A stretch of 64,000 nt of DNA from Blastocladiella emersonii ATCC 22665 (lineage: Eukaryota > Fungi > Blastocladiomycota). Location: positions 1,178,001-1,242,000 of the forward strand of contig JANHCV010000007.1 in assembly GCA_025594325.1 (NCBI GenBank). The letters are read 5' to 3'. A program made the position numbers and the translations under genes. Positions 1 through 11,849 of this stretch are shown piece by piece (the first letter of the stretch is position 1; every line of letters begins with the position of its first letter). The notes under the pieces were generated by a model. It saw only the letters and a program-made list of their open reading frames with translations. It was not told where the DNA came from and made no database searches.

Positions 1-140
1 ACGGGCGCCTCGTCGGCCGCGTCGGCGAGCGCGGGGTCGTTGGTCGGCACCGCCACATACTTTTCGGCGCGCAGCGGCGACTGCGGGCCGAGCGCGGGCG
101 GGGTCTGCATGTTGTCGGTGTTGATAGTCTCGACTGTCAT
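1..140 (-). CDS. 5' part of a gene running off the left edge (MTVETINTDNMQTPAALGPQSPLRAEKYVAVPTND...), product unknown
   Basis: ATG at 140 on the minus strand, open to position 1 with G/C-ending codons; CGCG-rich promoter-like DNA upstream (~200-500). Confidence 0.6.
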   Translation of the reverse strand, partial: MTVETINTDNMQTPPALGPQSPLRAEKYVAVPTNDPALADAADEAP

Positions 141-867
141 GGCGAGAGAGAGCGCGCTGGAGAGTAGACGGGCGCGGTGGTGGGAACCGCGCGCACTTTA
201 GACACGCCCCCGCTCGCTCAAGCCCCGCCCGCGACGCGCGCGTCAAGGTGCCGATACAAGGCGCGTCATCGCGATGTAGATTAGCGCGCGCGGCGTGTTG
301 GGGATGGCGAGGCGAGGGCGGCGGGGCCAGCTGACACGCCGCGGGCGGCGCGGCGCGTCGTTCGGGGGCGAATTTTTAGCGTAGCGTCGCGCGCGTGACC
401 GAATTCGGCGGACGAGTCCCTCGAGATGGCCCGCATGGGTCCCTTTGCGGCACGCCACCCGTTCCGGCGCGACGCGCCTTCGCTCACGGTCGCCTGAAAA
501 GTCGCCGGCGCCGTGGCCGTGGTCGGGTCGGTCAGCGCTCGCGCCATGCCGGCCGGGATGGCGACGCGGTCGCTCTCAACCCTCGGCGATGGCCGCGTCT
601 ATCGTGTGAGTGCATCCATCCTCGCCGCCGCGTCGCGATCAGGCCCATGAGACCCGCGTCGCCGTGCAGGACCGTGATGAATGGATCTCGGCTCGGCAGG
701 AGCGAGAGCGGCAGCGGCACGAATGACGGCACGATGGCGGCCGTCCCTCCCCAACCTGACCAACGCGTCGCGCCTCAAGCCGTCGGCTTCGACCATGGGG
801 CTAGGCGGGCGATGGGAACAACCGATGATATATATTTTTGACCCTGCGTCCTGCACCCTTCGTTTCA

Positions 868-3300
868 TCACTCGCGCGCGCCGCCCGCGGCGATCAGCTG
901 CAGCGTGTCGGCGACGAGCTGGCGGACCTCGGCGTGCGCGGGGAACCGCGCCTGGAGCGCGCGGAGCGCGGCGGGCACCTTCGCGACGCGGGCCCACGTC
1001 GTAGCGGCAGGGACGTGCGCGACGTTGAGCCAGAGCTGGAGGACGCGGTGCGCGATCTCGGCCGACGGCTCGTCGAGCGTGAGGGCGAGCAGGCGCGCGA
1101 GCGGGAGCGGCGAGTCGGGCGACGGCGTCGTGGGGAGCGAGGACGCGTCGATCGACAGGTCCGCGAGGTCGTCCGCCAGATCCGTATCCCCGTCGCGGTG
1201 CACCGTGAGCAGCGCGGCGATCGTCTCGGGCGCAAACGAGAGCATCGCGAGGACGCCCGTGGCCGCGCGGCGCATCTCGAACCGCTCATCGACGTGCGCG
1301 TGCGCGACGCCGAGGTGCAGCAGCAGGCGGAGCCGCCGCGGGTTCGTCGCGCACGCCTCGACCATGTCGGGCCCGCAGCACAGCATGTTGCCCAGCAGCT
1401 CCCACGCCGCGCGCCGGATCTCCGGGTTGTCGGCGGTCAGCGACCCGCTGCGGTCCAGCCGCTCGAGCCACGATAGGTGCGACGGCACCACGCCCGCGTG
1501 CGTCGACAGGTTCGTCAGCGCCAGCAGCGCCTCGTAGTGCGCGAGCGGGTCGTTGGCGTCGCCCGCCGGTGCACCCGACGATGGCGCACCCTGCGACGAC
1601 GAAGCGACCGACGACCGGCGCCGGAACGGGCTCGCGTCACTGCCCGCGGTCGGGTCGGGGACCAGGTGCCAGAACTGGGCCGCGAGCGGCGCGATGAGCG
1701 CGTCCTGGAACGCGACCGCCGGATTGAGCGTGATAGCGCACCGCGCGAGCGCCTGCGCGGCGGCACGCTCCGTCCGCGCCGCGCGCGCGAGGAGACCGAC
1801 GGCGCCCTGCTGGACCATTTTCCCGCGGTGCGCGGGGACGCGCGCGAGGTCGAGCCCGATGCGCGCGATCCCGGCGACCAGCGCGCTCGACACCTTGCCG
1901 CCCGTCACCTGCGACTGGTGCCGGTACACGGCGGCGAGGACCGCGACCACGTGCATGTCGAGCAGCATCAGGCACCGCGCTGAGACCGCGGATTCGTCGT
2001 CGTCCTCCTCGTCGTTCGCTGCGGGCGGTGCGTCTTTCGCGGCGGCACCGGCGGCGGCGGCGGCAGCGGACATGCCCGACTTGGCGAACCGCGCGAGGCG
2101 GCGCAGCTGGCGCTGCTCGGGGGTGAGGGCGAGCGGGTACATGGTGAGGTGGTGGAGCAGCGTGACGAACCCGAACGCGAGCGAGGGCGTGATGCGCGGT
2201 CCGCCGGCGCGCATCGTGGCGAGGAGGACCAGCAGCGACGCCTTGGACAGCGACCGGCGGACCGGGATCCGCAGCGAGGCCAGGGCGAGCGCTTCCATGG
2301 CGCTCTCCCGCTCGGCGCGCGACGCCGACTCGGCCGTGATGGCGGCGACCAGGGCTTCCGGGTCGAACCCGGCGTCGGTCGCTGCCGCTGCCGGAGCGGG
2401 TGCACTGGCAGTGGTCGGGGTCGAGGGAGCGGACGAGGTGGTGTTGATCCCGAGCTTGGCGAGCACATTCGCCGCGTGCGCGCCGGCCGTCGCCGCGAGC
2501 TCGGTCGTCATCGAGACCGGCCCGGCGCCACGACTCGCCTGGCGCGCGATGGTCCGCAGCGACGTGGGGATCACCTTGAACTTGTTATCCCCAATCAGCG
2601 CGCGCAGCGGGGCGTGGGCAGCGGCCTGGGCGAGCACGTCGAGCGACGCGACGACGAGGCGCGCGACGGCGGGCTTGTGCCAGCACGGGCGGTCGGCGGC
2701 CTGCTCGAGCGTGTCGGCGATGGGCTCGAGGACTGCGTCGGCGTGCGCGACCAGCAGCCGCGTCGCCATGCTCGGGCACGTGCGCAGGAGCAGGGCGAGG
2801 GCGACGGCGCCCCGCGTGCGCTCGCGCAATGGGCGCGCGTCGTCGAAGGTGCGCAGCAGGAACGCGGAGGCGGCCGCGTCGATGCGGTCGCGCAGGTTTC
2901 CGCCTGCTGCTGCTGGCGGTTCGCTGGGGGTAGAGCCCGTGGCCTCGACGACCTCGAGCAGCTTGGCGAGGTACAGCGGGAGCAGCGTCGGCAGCCCGTC
3001 CTCGTTGGTATCCGAGTCCTCTTCATCCTCGTCGTCCTCATCCTCGTCGCCGTGGACGGTAGGACCGGTTTTCGCGGCAGCGACAGGCGCAGCGGGCGCG
3101 GGCGGATCAGCGGCGAGCGTCACGTTGAGCAGCAGGAGCAGCTCGCGCTCAATGGCGTCGTCGGCCGGGACGTGGCCCGCGGTGACGGCCTTGATGCGCT
3201 CGGCCAGCGCGCGGTTCGTCACGGCGGCGGCGTCGCGCAGCTCGGGTGGTGGCGCGGCCGCGGCCGCCGTGCTCGCGGGGCGGGATCCATTGGCCATCAT
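868..3300 (-). CDS. SHE4: UCS-domain myosin chaperone (She4/UNC-45/CRO1 family), single exon
   Basis: Motifs RGKMVQQGAVGLL, AAQALARCAITLNPAVAF, YEALLALTNLS, RRAATGVLAML of the UCS/ARM domain. Probable start MMANGSRP at 3300; the ORF extension to 3540 looks like 5'UTR/promoter. Confidence 0.85.
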   Translation of the reverse strand: MMANGSRPASTAAAAAPPPELRDAAAVTNRALAERIKAVTAGHVPADDAIERELLLLLNVTLAADPPAPAAPVAAAKTGPTVHGDEDEDDEDEEDSDTNEDGLPTLLPLYLAKLLEVVEATGSTPSEPPAAAGGNLRDRIDAAASAFLLRTFDDARPLRERTRGAVALALLLRTCPSMATRLLVAHADAVLEPIADTLEQAADRPCWHKPAVARLVVASLDVLAQAAAHAPLRALIGDNKFKVIPTSLRTIARQASRGAGPVSMTTELAATAGAHAANVLAKLGINTTSSAPSTPTTASAPAPAAAATDAGFDPEALVAAITAESASRAERESAMEALALASLRIPVRRSLSKASLLVLLATMRAGGPRITPSLAFGFVTLLHHLTMYPLALTPEQRQLRRLARFAKSGMSAAAAAAGAAAKDAPPAANDEEDDDESAVSARCLMLLDMHVVAVLAAVYRHQSQVTGGKVSSALVAGIARIGLDLARVPAHRGKMVQQGAVGLLARAARTERAAAQALARCAITLNPAVAFQDALIAPLAAQFWHLVPDPTAGSDASPFRRRSSVASSSQGAPSSGAPAGDANDPLAHYEALLALTNLSTHAGVVPSHLSWLERLDRSGSLTADNPEIRRAAWELLGNMLCCGPDMVEACATNPRRLRLLLHLGVAHAHVDERFEMRRAATGVLAMLSFAPETIAALLTVHRDGDTDLADDLADLSIDASSLPTTPSPDSPLPLARLLALTLDEPSAEIAHRVLQLWLNVAHVPAATTWARVAKVPAALRALQARFPAHAEVRQLVADTLQLIAAGGARE

Positions 3301-3747
3301 TGTGGGTGGGGTTGCGTTGTGGGATCGAGAGCGGGAGCGGGAGAGGGGGAGAGGTGCTCGAAGGGGGCCGTGGGACCGGCAGCAGCGGTGGCGCACGGCA
3401 AGCGGTGGCGCACCAACTCTGCGACGCGCGCCAACGTGACCGCGCCCGAAGGTGCGAGACACGTTGCTGCAAGCCTCGCCCGCCGTCATGCGCGGCCTGC
3501 TCGCTCCCAGGAACGCGCGCCGATCTGCCCGCAGAGACATTTGACGCGTCGTTCATCTCGGCCGGCATCATTCCCGTGAGCGGGGCGGCATGCGAAGTAT
3601 CCCGAGTGGCCCACGTGCGCGCAGCCGGGGGTCGCGTCGCTCTTCTGCTGCGTTCATGAAAGCGCCACAGCGGCCCCGCCACCGGTCCGCGCTCTCCCCG
3701 CCCACACACCATCACGGAACTCTATGCACACTCTAGTCTGAGCATCC

Positions 3748-6700
3748 ATGCCGTTTATCCCGCCGACCGCGCTCGGCGCAACCGCCGCCGCCTGGCGCGA
3801 CCTCGCCGCCTCCGACTACTTCTGCCTGCAGGAGCGCGACGACGCCGACGCCGCTGCCTGGTCGCTGCGCCGCCTCTCGTTCGGCAGTCTGTCGGGTCTG
3901 AGCGGCAATGGGAGTGCGCCCACCACCGCTGCTGCCGCCGCCGCGAGCGATGGCAAGCTCGTCCCGCACCGCCACCCTGCGCTCGACCACGCGTCGCCCG
4001 CGAGCGCGCTGCGCGACGCCCTGCGCGCGGCGACGCACCGCATCGTGTTCAAGGGTCGCAGCCAGGGCCCGCGCATGGTCGTCGCGCTTGCCGACGCACG
4101 CCCCGCGATCCTCGCCGACTGGCTGTACGTCGAGGTCAACGTCTTCCCGCTCGCGCTCGCCCAGGACCCGCGGTCGCGGAACGCGGTGCCGCCGTTGCCC
4201 GGCACGGAGCGGGAGCGGGTGCGCGACTCGCCGTCGCCCGGGCCCTCGGGCGAGGAGTGCCGCATGTTTGACGACGCGATGCTCGCTACACTCGAGCAGA
4301 TCACGCGGCAGCCTGCTTCTAACGGTCACGGTACGCGGTTTGAGCTCGCTACTTTCATCACAAAACCGTTACTGACGCGTTAATTCGACGTAGCCTCGCC
4401 CGATCCGTCCGAGTCGCCCAACGGCCGCGCCGACGCGTGGGAGACCCGCGTCCAGGACCTCCTCGCCGACTTCGAGTTCCACCGCTCGCACCTCGTTGCC
4501 CACTTCCCGTGTCTCGCTGCGGTCGGCGACGACCCCGCGTTTCCTGCTCGGCTGCTGCTCACGCTGCACCACGTTGCCATTGTGCCCGACGGCGATGCGG
4601 GTCCCGACGCGGTGGCCGCGCGGCTCGTGCTTCCCTACTACCTCGTCTCGGGTATTACGCGCGAACCCGCCGCCGTCACGCTCCTGCACACGGCCAACCC
4701 GCGCGGCGCTTCGGTCCTCGACATGGTCGATCCACCCACTTCCCCGCCACCACAACCGATCCGCCTCACCTCGTCAACCGAGCCGCCGCTCGGCACCATC
4801 GCGCAGTGCCTCGAAGTCCTGTGCCACCACGCCCAGCTCAACCTCGCCCAGTCCACCGAGTCGCGCGCCAACGACCGCGACGTACGCCGCCGTGTCGGCG
4901 GGGATCTCGGATCCAACCTCATCACCGCGTCGACGCTCGACCTGCTCTCGCCCAAACTCGGGCCCGCCGCCCTCGCTACGCCCATGTCATCGGCCTTTGC
5001 CGTGCCCGCTCCGACCGCGCCATCGGCGGCGCTCACGGTGCCCCCGTATACCTCGAGCCAGCAGATCCTCGCCGAGCAGCGCGCCGCCGCCGTCCTGCGC
5101 ACGTTCGGCGTGGTGCTCGGCCCGGGCGAGCCGCAGCACGAGTTCGCGGTCCGCATCTGGTCGATACCCGGCAAGTCGCCCGCCGACGCGTCGCCCTCGC
5201 CGCCGCCACCACCACCGCGCTCGCCTTCCGACCCGACTGCCGCCGTATCCGTGTGGCTCGGCCCAGAACTCGACACGCTGTACCGCCCCGACGCCGCGCC
5301 GACGGTGCGTACGGCGACGCTGCTCGTGACGCGCCGGTTCCTCCTTTTCGCCGAGTCGGGCCCGACGCAGTCCGCGCCGCTGCGCCTCGTGCTGCCGATC
5401 ATGGAGCTCGCGACCGTCGCCAAGCTGCCGAGCACCGCGTCGCAGCGCGGGTTCCGCGCCGCCCTGTGGGCCACGGCCGACGACGCGCCCGTCGCGCTCC
5501 GGTCCCGCGACGGGTCCGCGTGGGCGGTCGAAGCGGTCGAGGCCGCGCAGTCGGCTGTCATCTACGACACGGTCCTCGCGCGGCTACGGCGGATGTCGCT
5601 CCCGCCTGTCCCCGCAGCGGCGCCAAGGGCGAGCCATCAGGCGAAGCGGAAACGCGTCGCGTCGCGCGGCCAGAAGTCGAGCCGCCACGACGCCGGGCTG
5701 CGCTCTCTCCCGACCTCGCTCAGCGGCCTCCACGACTCCGCCACCTCCACCGCCGCCGACCTCCAGCCCACCTTCTCGCTCGACGTGATCCCGGCGTCCC
5801 CGACCTCACCCACCACCGCGACGGACCCGGGCGAGCCGCTCGACCGCCCGCTCGACGCGTACTTCTCGTCGCTCGACCCCGCCGCGTCGCCAAGCGAGCA
5901 ATCCCTGCGCCGGTTCTGGGACCCGTACGTCGCGTCGGCGCTCGCCCGCGCACCGTGGATCGAGGTCGGTCCGCAGCTCATTGCGCTCGTGTGCGGCGGG
6001 TCCGACGACCCGGACGTTGTCGGCGGCGCGCGGGCGACCGCGGCAGCGGCAGGAGGAACGCTGCGCGGGAGCCCCGACAGCGTCGGCCTGGTGCTCGATA
6101 CGCTCAGCTTCGACGATCTCGCCGTCACGCCCGGCACGTCCGGCGAGGCGATCGCGTCGCCGGCGCTCGGCGCGCGGGCGGCGGCGGGTGGTGGTGCCGA
6201 GACCGTGATCGGGATCCCGGCGACCTTGAGGCCAACGGTCTGGTCGCTCCTCGCGCGCGGGCCCGCCGAGTTTGGGACCAGCAGCGGCGGCGCGCCCGAT
6301 CTCGACGGATCCTCCTTGGCGTACCCGGATTGCGGCCTCGTCACGCCGCACAGCGCGGGCCTTGTGTCGCCGTACTCGCACACGTGGGTGCAGTCCGAGC
6401 CGCTGCTCTCACCGGCGCCGCGCGCGCTGCGGCACGCCGTCTCGGCCGACCACAACACTGCCTCGCTGCTGCCGCGCCCCGCCGCGGCGGCGGCGCTGCC
6501 CGACATCCAGCTCGCGCTCGCGCACCAGTACCGCGACTACGTGGTGCAGGGCGAGCACGCGGCGTGGCACGAGGAGATCGAGAAGGACGTGGGCCGCAGT
6601 TTGCCGGAACACCCGGCGTTCGCGCTCGGCCCGCGCGGGCTCGGGCAGTCGGCGCTGCGCCGCGTCCTGCACGCGTTTGCGCGGCGCAACCCGCGCGTCG

Positions 6701-8119
6701 GGTACGCGCAGGCGCTCAATTTGCTGGCGGCGCACCTCCTCCGCGTGTGCCCCGAGCCCACGGCGTTCGCGCTCCTGTGCTGGCTCGTCGAGCAGGTGCT
6801 GCCGCACCACTTCACCCGCACGCTGCTCGGCGCGATCGTCGACCAGCAAGTGTTTGAGGCGATGGTGAAGGAGGAGATTCCGGAGGTCGCGGCGCATTTT
6901 GCGAGGCTGGATGTCGGGCTCGCGGCGATCTCGGTCGCGTGGTTCCTCGCCGTGTTCCAGAGCGTCCTGCCGTCGACCGCCGCCGCGCTCGTCGTTCTCG
7001 ACGGGGTGTTCGTGGACCGCGAGCGGTTCGTGTTCCTCCTCGCGATCGGGATCGTCTGGTACCTCGCGCCCCGGCTCGTGCAGGCCGAGGACGAGCTCCA
7101 GGTGCTCATGCTGTTCCGCGAGTTCTTTGCGCTGTTCGAGGACGATGAGGGGAAGAACGGCGCGCCCGAGGAGAAGGAGGAGGAGGCGTCGACACCAGCA
7201 CCGCGACGCGGCCTCGCGCTGCTCCAGCACATCATCGTCAACGCGTACACGCGGTTCGGCCCGCGCATCTCGCACGACCGGATCCACGCGATGCGCCGGC
7301 AGTACCAGTTCCCCGTCATCCAGCGGCTCGAAGGTACGCTACCACGACAATCCTCGTTGCTTTCACCAACTAACGCCCGCTTGCACGCGTGTAGGCGACT
7401 TCCGCAAGGGCCAGCTGCGCACGCTGACGTCCATGGCGGGCTTTTCGGACGCGACCGCGCGCAACGTGTACCGGCACTTCCAGTGGACCATGCTGACGCA
7501 GTCGCAGCCCGCGGGCCTGCTCGATGCGAGCGGCATCACCGTCTTCCTCGCGAAATCGCTCGGCTGGCGGTCCGCCCCGCCCGCGCACCTCAACCCGGGC
7601 GGTGCCGCCGCGACGCTCGGCGAGCTTGTCATTGCGCACCAGGGCAGCGCGGCGACGACGATTGATCTCGCGACCGCCGCCGCGACGGTGCGCGACCTCA
7701 CGGCGCCCGCCGCCGCTCGGCTCCGCGCATTGTTCGCCCTTCACGACCGCGAGCGCACCGGGCACCTCGCGCCTGTCGACGCCGACACGCTCGTGTTCCA
7801 CCTCGTGTGGGCGCTCGGTGGCGACGCGGACGACTGGGCGGCGCTAGTGCGCCGCGATGAAGCGGGGGCAGGGGAGGAGCGCGAGCTGGTGCGCGGGCTC
7901 GGTGAGCTGTGCGCGCAGCTCGCGACGGGTGCTCCTGAGCCGCAGATAGAAGCAGCAGTCGCGGGGGCAGCAGGGCTGTCGATCGCGACGGGCAAGGGCG
8001 GCAGCGGCGGCGGCGGCCGCGCGAGTGTGCTGGGGCTGCACGGCGGCGTGAGTCTCAACGAGTTCCTCCTCGCCACGTCGTCCAACTTTGTGATCACGGA
8101 GAGGCTACGGCCGGTATAG
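3748..8119 (+). CDS. TBC-domain Rab GTPase-activating protein with GRAM-like region and C-terminal EF-hand-like region (TBC1D8/9, Gyp2/Mdr1-like)
   Basis: join(3748..4330,4394..7333,7395..8119); both introns GTACGC..TAG (63 and 61 nt) keep frame. Arg finger IEKDVGRSL and Gln finger GYAQALN; EF-like LFALHDRERTGHL. Confidence 0.85.
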
Positions 8120-8316
8120 AATTTCAATTGTGTGTGGACACGGGCTGGTCAGGGGGGTCGAGCGCAAAAGTGAGTGGGTGGCGCGACGCGAAACCTGAGA
8201 CGCGAGACGCGTTGCGAAATCAAGGGACGCGCCGCCGATCCTCCGCTCGCTCCCATCTTCGCGTCAGCACGCCCGCCTTTCGCTCCCCTGATCCCTCGCC
8301 CCGAACGCGAATCGCA

Positions 8317-9768
8317 ATGGAACCTCATGCAACTGTCCCGGCTGTGCGGCGCAGTGGCCGGCTGAAGGCGCGCGCGACTGCCCTCGCTCAAAATGAGGCG
8401 CCGGCGGGCGTTCCGAGCGTTCCGCTTGAGTATCACGCGGTCCCTCGGGATGACACCGAGCTGTTCCCGGCCACGAAGCGCAAGTCGCGAAACTGGAGCA
8501 GCTCGGCCGCGCGCAGCGTCTCGCGCCGCGACGACGATGACGACAAGGACGAGTACAGTGATGGAGGTGAGGTAGTAACTGGGATTGAGCGCACGAGCGA
8601 CGACGACGACGACGACGCCCATGAGACGTGCGTCTCACCAGCTTTCGCAACTTATCCAAAACCCTTCTCACACATGGTGAGCACGGTAGTCCCGCAAAGC
8701 GCGGGCACATGTCGCGCGCACCAGTGCGCCAACACCCGACTCGCAGCAGCGCGCCGCTTCTTGGCACATCGGGCGCCTTCAAGCACCACATCCGCGCCTG
8801 CGTCCTTGCCCACGGGCCATTTTCGAGCCCGCAGATCCTGCACGACTTTTTCTATTCTGACTATTGCACGCTGTTTGCCGACGATGGCGCGCTGCTCCCG
8901 TACAGTAAGGTGTGTTTCGCGGTTTCTACTCCATTTTTTGCCGCTGATGAGGCGTGTAAGCTTAGTACGCCATCTACGTCGGCAAGGTTGCGGACATGAT
9001 GCGCACGCACTTGGCCGACATTGCGCGCCGGCTGCTCGCCAGTCCTCCGGCTGACGTTCCGATCCCGCAGTTTGCCGACATTCAGTCCAACAACGACGTC
9101 CGCACCATGGCCTTCAACCTGTCCTGGATGCTTACCCCGGCCAGCGACGGACCGGCGGGGGCGCAAGCCCTGCACCCGTTTCTCGTCGCCATGGTTCAGC
9201 GGAGCCTCCGCTGGCGCGACGGTACGCTGAGCTTGTGGTAGCCGTTGCACGCCTTCGAGACTCACCACTCTCGTCATGCTCACTAGAAAACTGTCTCGTA
9301 ACCGTTTCGGCGTACCTCGAGCGGCTCAACGCGCGCGTCGCCGCCACCTCGCGTGGAACTGCGCCCACAGTCGTGACGCTTGACCACCTTGCGCCACTCA
9401 TTGTGATCATGGTCGCGTGCTACGTACGCGCAAATGCCGGCTTTTGTGCACAGCGAACCAGCTCACCTTGACGCCTCCTCCCAAATTCTCACTTGTAGGC
9501 GAGCGTGGGCATCGCCACTCACATCAGCGTGCCGTGGCGCAAGCTCCCGCCGCTCAGCAACCTGTACAACGAGCTGGTCGACGCGCTTGGCAAGCAGCAG
9601 GAGCCCCTCGGCAAGCGGTTTGTCAAGCAGTGCCGCGAGCTGATCCAGGGTATCGTCATCACCCATGTGCGCCGCCGCGACACTACTATCGGCAACGACG
9701 TGGAGCGCGACGCGCTCGTGGGCATCGCGGTCGCCGCGTTTGTGGACAACGGCGAGGACGACAATTGA
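8317..9768 (+). CDS. Orphan tandem-family gene, copy A1 (5 exons, 397 aa)
   Basis: join(8317..8627,8690..8909,8966..9221,9287..9423,9499..9768); all introns GT-AG; spliced frame open; paralogous to three neighbours. Confidence 0.85.
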
Positions 9769-10359
9769 ATCGTCTATCTGTAATATCAATCGAATCACAA
9801 CGGTCATTTTTTTTCATGTCATACTTCGTTGATGTTCTACAGAAAATCAATTGCAAGACGTCGTCTGAACCTGTCGAGACACGCGTCGTTCATTCGCACG
9901 TGACCTTCCCTTCGTCGATCACGGCGTTCGTCTGCGGGATGCAAATGATGCGATTAAACATATCGTAGTATCGTAGTACATGAGCTTTTCGGGCTTAGTA
10001 CTTACATCTCAAATCTTCCCTGAACAACAACCGTCCGCGCGTGGCCGGATCGCAACCTGTCGGTTGCATCAACCCTCGAATCATATGAACCGTGATGGCG
10101 AGATCCATGGCAAACTGTGTTGCATTGAGTGCAACTGCATTTCGTTCGGTCGGGTCCTGATAAGGTTACAGGACATGTAATTCTAGCGCGCGCGAGCGCG
10201 GGAGAAGGAGCGATTGGTGCCTCGGCAGCGCGGTTTCTCCAGCGAGCAAGCCACAGCGTCATGTCGCGTTGCGCCACTCGCGTGGGCTGAAAAACCACTC
10301 CTTCAGCTCGAGACTCATCCCTCCCTCCCTCCTGCTCCGCCACACACATCACAATCGCA

Positions 10360-11756
10360 ATGGAACTTGATGCAACGACCCCGAATGTGCGGCGCAGTAG
10401 CCGGCTCCAGGCCCGCGAGGCCGCCCTAGCTCCAAACGAAATGCGGGCGAGCGCGTCGAACCACTCGCTTGAGAAACGCCCGGAACCCCGGATCAAGACC
10501 GAACTGGTCTCGGGAACGAAGCGCAAATCGCGCCAGGATGAGGCCACGGAGAGCGACAGCGGTGACGATTCAGCTGACGACGATAGCGGGAGCGAGGACG
10601 ACTATGATGAGAGCGCCACGTTCGTTCATCGTCCTTTTCGCAGCTCCGCCGCCTTGACTCACGTACTACTCGTAGTCCTGCGAAGCGCGGCCACATGTCG
10701 CCCCACGTCCCCGTCAACCATCCAACCCGCCGCGGCGCTCCGCTCCTCAACGTGTCCATCGCGTTCAAGCACCACATTCGCGCCTGCGTCCTCGTCCACG
10801 GCCCGTTCCCGACCAACCAGCTCGTGCACGACTTCTTTTACTCCGACTATCGCGCACAGTTTGCATCGGATGGATCGCTTTTCCCGTTCAGCAAGGTGCG
10901 TCGCTTTTGATCTCACACTTCAATCTTGCTAACGCGTCATGCGACGTTCTCAACGCTCTAGTACATGGCCTACGTCGTCCAGATCACGCAGAGGATGCGC
11001 GCACACACGCTTGACGTTGTGGGCCAGCTCATTGCCAACCCGCTGCCCGACTCGCCGATCCCTCAGTTCCCGGACCGCGAGTCGGACGACGACGTCCGCG
11101 GCATACCGTTTAACGTTGCCTGGATGTTTGTCGCGGCGGATGACGGTGCGGCGGGGGCCATGGACCTACACCCCTTCTTTGCTGCGGTACTCCGACACAA
11201 TCTCACCTGGCGCGACGGTACGCGGAGCGAGTGACTGCTGCCCTCTTGATCCGCGATACTGATTGACGTTGTCGCCGCGGCTTTTGTAGGGAACTGTTTC
11301 GAAACCGTTTCGGCGTACATTGAGCGTCTCAATGCGCGGGCTGCAGACAATGCTCGCGGAGCCGTGCCCAAGGTTTTGACGCTGGACCACCTCGCGCCGC
11401 CCATTGTGCTCGCGATTGCCTGTTTCGTGCGTATTTCCGCGGAGTCGGCTAACGTTAACGACCTCTCGTCCCTATGTGCCGCATAGACCAGCGCTGCCAT
11501 CGCCACTCACCTCGGAGTCTCGTGGCGCAAGCTCCCGCCGATCAGCAACTTGTATGGCGAGTTGGTGGACGCGCTCAGCAAGAAGCAGGAGCCCCTCGGC
11601 AAGCGGTTCGTCAAGCAGTGCCGCGAGCTGGTCCAAAGTGTGATGATTGAGGCAAGTCGCCGTGGTCCGGTTGACGGATCGAATGTGCAGCGCGACGCGG
11701 CTCTGGGAGTCCCGCTCGCTGCGATTGCCTTCAGCGACGACGAGGACGAGGATTGA
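10360..11756 (+). CDS. Orphan tandem-family gene, copy A2 (5 exons, 380 aa)
   Basis: join(10360..10619,10676..10895,10962..11217,11290..11426,11487..11756); exons 2-5 have the same lengths as A1 (220/256/137/270 nt). Confidence 0.85.
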
Positions 11757-11849
11757 GTCGACCGGCCATGTATTCTTATGTAATTCTGCATTCTTGTCAC
11801 ACCTCCATCGGTCGGGTCGTGAGGACAAGCTGTCGTTGCAAGTCGCGTT

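Noticed and set aside
3301-3540. N-terminal ORF extensions in the track (3301-3540 for the UCS gene; also 35449-35703, 40955-41206, 22005-22349)
   Set aside because: They run through promoter or pyrimidine-rich 5'UTR-like DNA lacking coding bias; downstream ATGs in typical context were preferred.
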